Assembly: GCA_964644135.1 (NCBI GenBank)
Contig: CAZXWD010000001.1
Span: forward strand, 16,882-80,881
Direction of reading: 5' to 3'
Length of the DNA: 64,000 bases
Source of the DNA: an uncultured Bacteroidales bacterium
GTDB lineage: Bacteria; Bacteroidota; Bacteroidia; Bacteroidales; JAGOPY01
The notes below the pieces were generated by a model. It worked only from the letters and a program-made list of their open reading frames with translations, was not told the origin of the DNA and searched no databases. Within the stretch, counting starts at the first letter, position 1. Each line of letters starts with the position of its first letter. A program made the position numbers and the translations under genes. This document shows, one piece after another, positions 8,383-21,900 of this stretch.

Positions 8383-8865
8383 ATGAGTAAAGAAAAAAAA
8401 CCGATCCCGTTTGTCGATACAAGCGGCAAGAATGTAAAGCTACGTATTCCTAACCTGATCCCCTGCAATGGCAGGATCATATTCCAGCCGGTAGAGAACA
8501 AACGTTTTGTTCAGATTGCCAAACAGAAGATAATCATTGCCGGAAGTCCGGATGTCGATCTCGAAGATCCTCGCACCCAGGAAAAGGCTGATCCGTTCAA
8601 AGACCATGTGCTTTTTGTCGTAGCGTTTTCTCCTGAAGTACCTGAACAGATGAAAATGCAAGATCCTCACGGTAATCCAATTACCTTAGAAATAGGTATG
8701 GAAGTGAAAAGGAGTTCCTATATGTTTCCAATCATGTTCAGCGAAATGGAAGGATCAAAAGTATACGAATACGGCATGCTGCACTGGCAGGATGTGCTTG
8801 GCGTAATACCGAGTGAAGGTGTTGTCAAGGATGGCAGGACAGGTAAGGAACTGAAGAAAAAATAA
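8383..8865 (+). CDS. possible GroES/gp31-like co-chaperonin
   Basis: LIPCNGRIIFQPVE resembles GroES IRPLHDRVIVKRKE. C-terminal HWQDVLGVI resembles SESDILAIV. A long insert sits at the mobile-loop position. Confidence 0.3.
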   Translation: MSKEKKPIPFVDTSGKNVKLRIPNLIPCNGRIIFQPVENKRFVQIAKQKIIIAGSPDVDLEDPRTQEKADPFKDHVLFVVAFSPEVPEQMKMQDPHGNPITLEIGMEVKRSSYMFPIMFSEMEGSKVYEYGMLHWQDVLGVIPSEGVVKDGRTGKELKKK

Positions 8866-8912
8866 GGATATCCCACCCGTTCAAATCACAGTTAATCTCA
8901 ACATTTCGCTTC

Positions 8913-8944
8913 AAAAAAAAAGGCTCCGATCATGGAGCCTTTTT
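8913..8944. terminator. bidirectional rho-independent terminator at the convergence of the + and - modules
   Basis: A9, stem aggctcc (8921-8927), loop gatcat, stem ggagcct (8934-8940), then a T run. It lies between convergent stop codons at 8865 and 8991. Confidence 0.75.
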
Positions 8945-8990
8945 CTTACGATGTGCAGTTGAGGTATGTGCAGGAACTAAAAAACGCGAC

Positions 8991-9266
8991 TTACATTACT
9001 GTAAGCGGAATTTGTTGTTGTTCTTCGCTAAGGTAGTTAATTTTCTGAACAATAGTCCTTAATTTTTCGTCAGTCAGTTCTGTTGTAGTGATATCAGTGT
9101 CTTGAGCTGCTTTCATCAGCGAGTGCAGTGCGGCAAATCGGCCTGCATATGCCTGTGCAGACATGTCTCCGGTTTTTAGCATTTTTACGAGCCTATAACC
9201 CTGCAGGCCAATTACGCACTGAGTATTAACCACCAAAAAATCAAGATTGTCCTGTTGCAAATTCAT
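8991..9266 (-). CDS. hypothetical protein (last gene of the fibre-modification operon)
   Basis: ATG start, 91 aa, 1-nt gap to the upstream gene. Confidence 0.5.
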   Translation of the reverse strand: MNLQQDNLDFLVVNTQCVIGLQGYRLVKMLKTGDMSAQAYAGRFAALHSLMKAAQDTDITTTELTDEKLRTIVQKINYLSEEQQQIPLTVM

Positions 9267-9267
9267 G

Positions 9268-10464
9268 TTATTGTTTTTCTATCCGATCATCCAGATATGC
9301 TACAATAGTATAGGATTCGTTCAGATCCTTTTCTGAAACAAATATACGCTGAAAGCCATTGTCAAGCAAACATTGCCTGACATCTTCCGGATGAAGTATG
9401 TGTTCGTGGTATTTGTTATGCCAGGGCAGCCACGCCTTTCTGTCTGGATGGGGCAAGTAAAGATAGATCATGCCATTTACTCTCAAAACATGCTTCCAAT
9501 ATGCTATTGCTTTCCACCATTTTGGTATATGTTCCAGACAGTGGCTCGAAAATACATAGTCCAGGTTTATAACCGGAAAGTTCATTGCATGATATTCCAT
9601 GCTAATAGCCGGATCAACAGGTACTGCCCCGGGCAGTGCCCACTCGGGTCTGTTGCAACCTACATCAACGCCCCTTCCGTGACACAAGGCTGCAGCAAAG
9701 GGAAAGGTAAACCGTGCAGAAAAACCAGTGTCAAGAAACTGGAACACTTCTTCTCCTATAAAATCCTTATAAAGAGAATTCAAAGGCCGTTCTTTCTTTC
9801 TGATAAGGCTTCCTATTCTCTTTATATTAGGGTCAAAATGTAATGGATTCCTGAGTTCCTCGGCAATAAAATTTAAAGCATTTTCTGTTGTGTTAGGATT
9901 GGTCAGGTAATCATAATCAATATTTATTGCATTTCTACTCCAATCACTCTTAAAGAAATGATCCCTTATCCTCTCATGTTCTTCCAACACTTCATAAAAG
10001 GACAGGTTAGGATTCTGGGCATGCCTGGCTCTTGATTTCCACACGTCAGCAATGTTCCTGGTCGCATAGAAAATAAGAGGCTTCCAGTCCGGTACGACAA
10101 GATTAATATGGTTAGCGAACTGCATGAAATAATTCTCTTTCAGTATCAGACAGTCTTTTTTACTGATCAATTCCAATATGTTCTTTATACCATCCATTAC
10201 GGAAGGATCTCTATCCAAAACAGATTGTTCAAGATTGTTAAAACTATCAGAAATAGGTTCTCTTTTAAATAGCTTTTGAAAAGCAGCAAAGATCTCTGGC
10301 GATTCGTTGTACCCGGCAGTCAGGTTTGGATCATTCTTTACATGGTCGTAAGTGATCATGTTGTCGTATGGATTTTTGCCATGAACCAGGCGATAAATCA
10401 CCTCTGACAGCAGCGATGTGCCAGACCGGGGATATCCTGTTATGATAACTTTAGGTAACATCAT
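9268..10464 (-). CDS. sulfotransferase / SAM-dependent methyltransferase fusion protein
   Basis: N-terminal PAPS 5'-phosphosulfate loop VIITGYPRSGTSLL (nt 10414-10431 encode PRSGTS) and a 3'-phosphate motif YATRNIADVWKS. C-terminal class I methyltransferase motifs GVDVGCN, YVFSSHCLEHI and LRVNGMIYLYLP. Confidence 0.65.
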   Translation of the reverse strand: MMLPKVIITGYPRSGTSLLSEVIYRLVHGKNPYDNMITYDHVKNDPNLTAGYNESPEIFAAFQKLFKREPISDSFNNLEQSVLDRDPSVMDGIKNILELISKKDCLILKENYFMQFANHINLVVPDWKPLIFYATRNIADVWKSRARHAQNPNLSFYEVLEEHERIRDHFFKSDWSRNAINIDYDYLTNPNTTENALNFIAEELRNPLHFDPNIKRIGSLIRKKERPLNSLYKDFIGEEVFQFLDTGFSARFTFPFAAALCHGRGVDVGCNRPEWALPGAVPVDPAISMEYHAMNFPVINLDYVFSSHCLEHIPKWWKAIAYWKHVLRVNGMIYLYLPHPDRKAWLPWHNKYHEHILHPEDVRQCLLDNGFQRIFVSEKDLNESYTIVAYLDDRIEKQ

Positions 10465-12401
10465 TTTTCCTCCTTTTTTTCTTTTGTTAACTCATCCAAA
10501 TAAAGATGCTTATTGTGCTTTTCAAACTTATGATATGAAGGTGTTTTCCGACTGTCCAAAACAGTGGCTCTTTTTTCCAGAGCAACACTTAATACGGCTC
10601 CTCCTGACATCATACAAATAAACTCTTTGCACAGGCTTATTATAGCTGCATATTCTCTCAGGTTTAGCGGTTTTATGTACCTGTAAGGTGAAATCGAAGT
10701 GTTAGGCAGCCTGTAAGCATAATTTGTGTCTTCAAAAGGGGCAATGATGAGCAGGTTCTGTATTCCATCAACATATTCTTGCACCAGCTCATTGCTTAAT
10801 CCAGAATTGTGTTTCCAGTTCGGATCAAAGACAACGCTTTTAGTCAGGTCTATGCCTTTTTTATCAAATACTTTTTTAGTAACGTTGATTTGTAAAGGAT
10901 CCAAATGGTACTTAGGCAGAAAGTCCCGGACTTTAGCATTGAGGTTCATGTCATGAAGTTCCAAAAACTTCTGGATCATGTCATAGCCAGTGCTTACACC
11001 TTGACCGTTCATAACATTGTGCATGTCTTGTATTCTGTCATAGAAGGTTCCTGTCATATCTGTAATATCCAATACATTGGGATCACTTTGATAGATATCT
11101 TCAGTTCCTTGTGTTTTGTACTTATTGTGTATGGAAACCAGAACAGCTTCATAACCGTGTTGATGGGCTATTTCCGGGAGCCGGCTCATAAACAAATGAT
11201 CCCCAAGCCCGTCAAAAGCAGGTGGCATTTGGAAAACAAATGCTTTCTGTTCTGTTTTATCGTTTCTGGCTCTTTGATAAAAAGCCATATTGATCCTGTT
11301 CTGACTGAATGTGCTCGGATCTTCTTTTTCGAATTTTTCAGCTTTTTTCTCAACAAGCCTTCCGTATTTGACAGATTCAAAGTAATCCTGATCTCCATAA
11401 TAGGCAATTACGCTTAGCTGAAAATTAGCCTTGTACTTATATATCGTGTAGTCTACCCAAAGCTTGTCCTGGCCCAGCTTATCCATTTTGCGTTCTTTGG
11501 GAACGTCTATTATAGAGCGCAGTAATGCTTTAGCAAGCGGATAACTTTTCTGTTCCATCAAAAGAACAGCTGCACGGTAAGGAGCTTCATCACGTTGTGA
11601 CCGTCTTTCCATAGCTTTGTAATAGAATTCCAATGCTTTTGTCTTATCATTCAGCATTTCGTACATCATGGCCGTTTTGACCAGGGCAAAATAGATCTGT
11701 TCCTCAAAATCATCACGTATTATCCCTTCGTGATAATATTTGATAGCCGTTTTGAAAGCACCCAGATCACTTGCCGATTCGCCCAGGTAAAAATATTCCC
11801 TGGCAGTTTTGTTTTCTGCTGCCTCGAGGAGCCTGTAATTACGAAGTATGTGGTCTGTCCCGGGATCCTTTGGGTAAAGAACCGCACTTACCTTTTTCAT
11901 TCTTCCTTTTGACCATATTTTTTCCTGTACCTGTATGAATTCATGTGCAGCTCCTTTCCACTTCATTTTCAAGTCTGCCCTTATCAGAAGATCACGATAA
12001 TACATGCTCTGGCCGCTAACGGTTCGTATCCCTATTACATCATTGTCTGGAATCCATTCGTTAATATCCTCTATTTCTAATGTCTCGTCGGTGTCAAGAA
12101 ATAAAATGTGAGTGGCGTTAGTATTTAAAGACTTGGCTCTTGCTGCTTCTAAGGCCATGTTTCTGGAAGTGGCGAAATTATTGAACTGGATGACATTAAA
12201 AGCATGAGGTAAATTGTGGTTGTCACAAAAGTCGCGGATTATACGTATTGTGTTGTCTTTGGATCCGGTATCACAAAAAGCAACCCCACAAATGATATCC
12301 TGTACGCTTTCCAGCATCCTTTGAATGGTTTTTTCATTATCTCTACAGATAAAGTTGAGCAATATGGTTTTATCGCTCAATTTGATTGGCTTTTTACTCA
12401 T
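10461..12401 (-). CDS. bifunctional glycosyltransferase: GT-A/GT2 domain, TPR region, GT-B (GT9-like) domain
   Basis: N-terminal LLNFICRDNEKT...AFCDTGSKDNT and a DxD motif FLDTDETLE. TPR-like YFYLGESASDLGAFKTAIKYY. C-terminal FDGLGDHLF and LREYAAIISLCKEFICMMSGGAVLSVAL resemble heptosyltransferase motifs. 4-nt overlap with the downstream gene. Confidence 0.65.
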   Translation of the reverse strand: MSKKPIKLSDKTILLNFICRDNEKTIQRMLESVQDIICGVAFCDTGSKDNTIRIIRDFCDNHNLPHAFNVIQFNNFATSRNMALEAARAKSLNTNATHILFLDTDETLEIEDINEWIPDNDVIGIRTVSGQSMYYRDLLIRADLKMKWKGAAHEFIQVQEKIWSKGRMKKVSAVLYPKDPGTDHILRNYRLLEAAENKTAREYFYLGESASDLGAFKTAIKYYHEGIIRDDFEEQIYFALVKTAMMYEMLNDKTKALEFYYKAMERRSQRDEAPYRAAVLLMEQKSYPLAKALLRSIIDVPKERKMDKLGQDKLWVDYTIYKYKANFQLSVIAYYGDQDYFESVKYGRLVEKKAEKFEKEDPSTFSQNRINMAFYQRARNDKTEQKAFVFQMPPAFDGLGDHLFMSRLPEIAHQHGYEAVLVSIHNKYKTQGTEDIYQSDPNVLDITDMTGTFYDRIQDMHNVMNGQGVSTGYDMIQKFLELHDMNLNAKVRDFLPKYHLDPLQINVTKKVFDKKGIDLTKSVVFDPNWKHNSGLSNELVQEYVDGIQNLLIIAPFEDTNYAYRLPNTSISPYRYIKPLNLREYAAIISLCKEFICMMSGGAVLSVALEKRATVLDSRKTPSYHKFEKHNKHLYLDELTKEKKEEK

Positions 12402-12441
12402 AATTAATAAAGTTTAGATTTCAGGTAAAGATAATTAATTC

Positions 12442-15886
<3,445 letters not shown>

Positions 15887-15903
15887 ATTGTAACTGTTTG
15901 AAA

Positions 15904-15911
15904 CAAATTTA
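15904..15911 (-). promoter_or_regulatory. candidate Bacteroidota-type -7 box TAAATTTG (TAnnTTTG)
   Basis: On the minus strand it reads TAAATTTG, 17 nt before the ATG at 15886. ATTG (15932-15935) lies 20 nt upstream, at the -33 position. Confidence 0.35.
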
Positions 15912-15936
15912 GAAGATTAGCCCTGTAAAGGCAATT

Positions 15937-18900
15937 TTATTTCCAGTCCGAAGACCCACCGGTACGCCTCTTTCTTTTGTAATCGCTCTTTTTAATGTCA
16001 AGATCCCACTGAAACCATGTCTTCATTTGAGAAGCACCGGAACCGGCAGGAAGGATTTTTATAAGCCTGTTAACCCACTTAGCATCCCCGGGCTCATTTC
16101 CCTTTACTGTTTTGCTCTGGTAAAACGCCTTCTTGTCGAGCCATTCTTTAATATCATCCGGTTCAGTTCCCATATCTTCAAGAGTATCCCAGGCCCAATC
16201 AGGAGTGTATTCGTACATAACCCATGGAATGAATGCCTCTGTGAAAGTCAAAACATCAGTTATATAGCCAAGTATAGGCATTGGATATCGTATCAGAAAC
16301 AACAAATTATCAGGAGTGGCAAAATACAACACGTCTCCAAGCAATCTCTGCCTTACTATATCTAAAAGGAAATCTCTGGATTTTTGCAGTGCTGTTTTTT
16401 CATCATCATCATCATCATCCATCATAGCTGCTATCATATATGCCATAGCACTGGCTACCTGAATCGTATGGTTAAGAAGTTTTCTAAAAGCTCTTTTGTC
16501 TCCAGGATCAAGATCGCTGTATTTGATATTCGAGCCTTCAGCCTGCCGATAAAGATACCTGGAGCTTTTCATGAGCTCCTCGACGGACATTTTGTTAAAT
16601 TTCGAATAGATCTCTTCCTGGCTGGTATCTGGCCCTGCAAATTTGTACTTCTTATGTATTTTTTCTTTTACAGATTTAGGCATCATGTTATACATAAGGA
16701 CATTAAAGCCTACGGCAGCAGCAGGATATATGCCTCTTCTGAAGTGTCCGTTCCTGTCGATGTATCCTTTAGCAAAATAATTCGCAATAAAAGCGGGCAT
16801 CCAGTTTCTGAATTCCATCAGAGCTGCCCCCCCAGGTTTGTACCCTAAAAGTATCTGGTTGGCCACACCATAGTCACCATGGATTTCACGTACATTGTCC
16901 TGATAGGTTCTTCTTCTGCTTAACTCAATAGCAGGTTTTCCAGGTTTTAACTCACCTTTCCAGTCGTACCGGCTCCATTCCTCCTGGCTAAATTGTCCTG
17001 CATAGGCCACACCATGATTGACAAACTCGACAGCAGAAACAAGTGCCAGCGCTGCACTGGTAAATCCTTGTTTAAGTTTTTTGGCACTGTCAAGACTGTG
17101 TTCATGAGTTACATCGAGTATGTTGTGGTACCTGAGCAGTTGTCTTGTCTTCCAGGGGTTAAAAATTACCCTGGCAAAGCCTCTTGCAAATTCAAGATCT
17201 GTAAGATTCACTTTGTTTTGCAGAATACCAATTCCCAGGTTAACCGCCTGTGCTTTCCAGTTCCAGGCAAGAGAACGCAATGCAAGGGCAGACATGAGAA
17301 AACGTATCGTGTTGCCAAGCCACAATGCCATTCCGGGCTCGGTATATCCGTAAATCTGTTTATCCCCGTACTGTGATATAAACTTCAATGTGTTTTGGAA
17401 AGGAGTTTCCAAAGGATTGTCAAGAGAAAATCTTTTTTGGAAAAATTCATGTAAAGGAATGACTTTCTCCATGTGCCATTTCCTGGTCTTACTGAAAAGG
17501 TGCTGTTCCATTACTTCCCTTCGGTTTTCACTTTCTAAAAGCACTTTACCTATCCTCTGGTTTCCGACAACACCTATATTTCGTACCCTGCCTTTACTTA
17601 CAGGATCCTGTTTTTTGTACAGCTTTTTAGCTGTGTTATAATAATCTCTCAGAACAGTAATATCTCCGTTATGAATATCGAACTGTTCTTTAAGCTCATA
17701 ATACCTGTATGTTTTCTCGCCGTCTGCAGTCTTAACCTGTATTTCTACTCCATCATATTTAGAAGGAGCAAGAAGTTTGCGAAGGCCTTTGTGCCAGGGT
17801 GTCAGTGTTAAAGCACGCAGACCATACTGTTTGATCGAGCTTCTCTTTCCGGCAAATACCTGTGGTGCTTTGATCAAAGGCTGTACTCTGGCAGCTTTAT
17901 TCGGATTATCCATGATCGCCCTGTGCTTGTCATCATACTTGGCATAAAAATCATAGATGTATCTTATGAATAACCGCTCTGTAGGATTCATCTCAGCTGT
18001 GGCATTCTTGCGGATGTATTTAGTGTCTCCCTGCTCTGTAGTTATTATGCCCCAACGGATTTTGAATCCATAGTCTGCCTTAGCGCCCCGGTACTTGAAT
18101 TTTCCAAAGAGAACATCTGAAGGTTGCCCAAAGAACAGGTTCATCATTTTCTTGATGTTTATATGTTCTTCGTCAACTTTAGATCTTTGATCACGAATGA
18201 CTGTTGCATAGTATTGCATCGTGGCATGTTGAATACTGATCAGCCTATCGTTTATGAAACCAAAGTTTTTAACGAAACCGCCAAGATCTCCGCCAAACTC
18301 GATCCCTTCTTCAAGTGCTCTCGCCTCATCAAGATCAAGGTTTTTTCCAAGCATAAACATGGCAATCGTTGCCAGCTTGTAGTCGTTGTTGCCTTTTTTG
18401 TTTTCCTGTCGAACCTGTTTTACAATCGTCCGGATAGACATATACTCATGGAAATAAGTCTGCAGGGGTCCGGCAAGCTTAGGTTCCATGTCTTTAATTC
18501 TCTCCCAGTAATAGATCAGCCTGTTGGATGACAGGTTCATCAGGTTATCCAATGAGCCTATCTCAGCTATGATCTCAGCATATGTTTCCCTGTCTTTCTT
18601 AAACTTCTCCTGTTGTGCCTCGGACATGTCCGGCTTGATCGTTTTTATCGAGTCCAGAGTGGTCAGTTTTCTCTTTGGAATGCCTAATTCATCTCTTGCA
18701 ACACTGTCCGACTCATCAGATCTGAGATGGAGCAAGGTATGAATATCTGCCTGTGCAATTTCCTCATCGGTTAATCCTTTTGCTCTGAGTTGTTGACGAA
18801 TGGAAGATGCAGGAGAAAGAATTGAAAAACCGGTTTCGTTACTGATTGTATCAAGCGTCTCACCTTCAGGAAGCTGTTCATTGATCCATACCAAGGCCTT

Positions 18901-21900
18901 GCGCTGTATTTCAAGGGCCCGGTTTGAAAGAGTCTTTAATGCTCTTTCATCCCTATGGAACGACTGGAGGGTTTCAAGGTGTCTTTTCTTATGTATCTCG
19001 ACCATTTTGGCCGTTCTTTTAGGAACTTCTTTTACAGGAACAACTTCTTCGAAGGTGACATTTGTTACTTTTCCATCTTCGTTCATCTCGAAGTTGATCG
19101 GTATAATGCCCATTTTATTGATCTTATGACCGTTCTTTTCCTGCATGTATCTGTAGAAGTTCACTTGCATGCCATGCTGAACTCTTTTGCTGTCCTCTGT
19201 ATCGGCAAAAGGCTTTTTCATTCTTGCACCGTCCTGGGCTTTAGCATACTTATCGGTCAGTTCTCCGTCTGCGTCATGGACTTTATCTACCGAGGTTTTG
19301 AAGTCGTAAATATCTCTGGAGCCGTCCGGGTGGATCCTCTGATAGTCTATGTGCCCTGCCAGGTAATCATCAACTGAGGCTACTTTTTCCTCAAAGATCT
19401 CTTCCAGGCCTTCAGGATTAATTTTCTCATCAATGTATTCATTGATCTTATCAGCTAAGGTTTCAATTACCTCTTCAGATATATAATCAGTTGCGTTGCT
19501 GGGTATAGCTTTGCCTTCACGTATTGCCTGGATAGTTTCATGAAGCATCGTTCCTACGTCTCTCTGATGATCCCACATGGCCATCACCTCTTGTATCCGT
19601 TCACGGATCTCTTTGCTCGACATTCTCGGCAAATTGTTTACTGTACGGATAGACTGTTCTTTGAAAACAACAGATTCAGCTGCCCTTCGTTTATTAAAGC
19701 CCTGTGCCTGCATAGATTTGATCAAAGCAGAGACAGACTTAATCGGTGTTTTGCCGTCCGGATGCGTGTAGGAATGACTGTCCTTGTCGAAATCCACTTC
19801 CTCCCCCTGGTTTTTCTGGAACTGTACCATTTTCATCTTGCTGTCTTCGGAAATGATACCGTCTTTGTTGTTCCAGATAGCTTTTGCCATGTCCATGGCA
19901 ATGTCTTCTTTGGTGTCCTGACGGAAATATCTTTTCACCTCCTGCCAGAACTCGGCAACTGCTTGCTTAATCTGTTTCCAGGTGGTGTCAGCGGCCATGA
20001 TTTCCGCGGCGTAATCAGTTCCCATTCTACCTATTGCAATGACGGCTTCCTCTTCAGTGCCGAACATCTCGATCAGTTTTTTCTTTGTCGGATGATCTTC
20101 AGGAAGCGCATGCCAGTAAATGTGAGCGTGTTCATGATAATAGGTTGACTGTACTGCATTATCAGGATCAATGTAGACAGCATTCCCGAAAGCAGCACCG
20201 ATCTTATTGGCATCAAAATACTCAAGGTGGCCAAAGGTTTTCTTGACATACCTGATAAATGCAGCCCTGTTATTGAAGACCACGACTGAAGGATAATGTT
20301 TACGAAACTGCCCTGCAATGAATGACTGAACATCCGGATCTTCCGAGGCAAGCATTTCTCCAATAGCATCACCTTTGTTCATATACTTAACCTCATCACT
20401 GTCCTGATGTTGAGCAGGATCTTCATAGAGACGTATCTTATAGATGAAGAGTCCTTTTTTCCGGGTTCCTTTCGCAAAGTTCTTGGTATGGTCAAACGAA
20501 GCGTTTTCTTTCAGGTCTTCAAGATCAGCAAATCCTTCTTGTTTTGCCCAATCATTAGGGTCTTTTAATTTATCGATACCGGAATAGTACCCGCCCGGGC
20601 CAACTTCAATTAAAGTACCATCAGGAAGTTTATACAATCCGGATTCAAGCTGTTGTGTCCTCGAGGTTGCTGTTTTTCTTCCCGATTTGATTTTTTCAAT
20701 ATTGTGTGGTTGCATTGCCAGAGGTTTAGCAAGCCTGGTTTCATCCGGACCGTGAGGATTGAACCGTTCCATAAACCTTTCTTTTCTTGCATCGGTCATC
20801 TTCGGGGTTTGACCGTGCTTGTCTTTGTAAAGCCAATCTGCAGGAGCATGTATTTCCGCATCGTATCCTATTTTTACGGCTGCTTTTACACCGGCCTCAT
20901 CGACACCGCTCTGACCGCCGCTTCTGACAAGTCTTGGCCTGTAGGTGAGTTTTGGGTTTTTCAGTACTTTTTCGAGGAACTCATGTACGATTTCATCAAC
21001 ATCAGACTGTTCTATGCCATTTTTAGCAAAGGTGTCCAGCCCATTACCTGCAATGTTTATTTCCTCCGGTTTGTATTTGTTTATAAGATCAATGGTTTCA
21101 TTAACAAGCCGCTTCATTTCTGAAGGGGTATGCAGTTCGTTCCAGGGAACTTTATGATATCTTTTTCCGTTATCAGTAACGAACTTCTTTGTAGCTATTT
21201 CGCCTCCACTTTCATAGTTTATGGCTATGGCTATGGTAAGATCCGCCTGAGCGTTTCGTTTTGTTCTGGAAGGATAACCTGTTTGTTTCGATTTTGTAAA
21301 AAGTATTCCATGACGGCGCTCACCCCGTTCTCTGGCCATTTGGACATTGTCATCGGCAAATTCTTTTATTACATCGGAAACCTTTTTATTGACCTTATCC
21401 GCACGGGATTTGAAGTAATCGATTGCCTTTTTTGCCAGTGGAGAATCTGCAAAGAGCTGTCGGAGCTGGCTCAGGTTTTTTGCATCTTTCATCTTAGCAG
21501 CAATTACTTTGGCAATCCTCTTGTAAAAATTAACACGGTACCTGGGATGTGTGAACGTAACCGGCCATTCACCGTTAATGTCAAATTCCGGGTGCGTTCT
21601 TAATATCGCATCATGTATATCCTGACGATCATAAGCACTTATCTGATCCAAATCTGCCTTTAGCCAGAAGTCGTACATTCTCTCGCCCAGCTCTACCATA
21701 TAGCTCGGAGATACCAGTTTTGTAAAGTTGCCGTTCCATGTGCTGAACGAGGGACCATATACATAAGCCAAATAAAGCACGAACTTGTCTTTCATCTCTT
21801 TGGGCAGCTTGTCAAAATCCCTGTGGATCAGCTGGAGTTTCTGCTGTGGAATATCGTTTCTTGCATACTGTTCAAGAATTTGCAACTTATGATTAATCGT

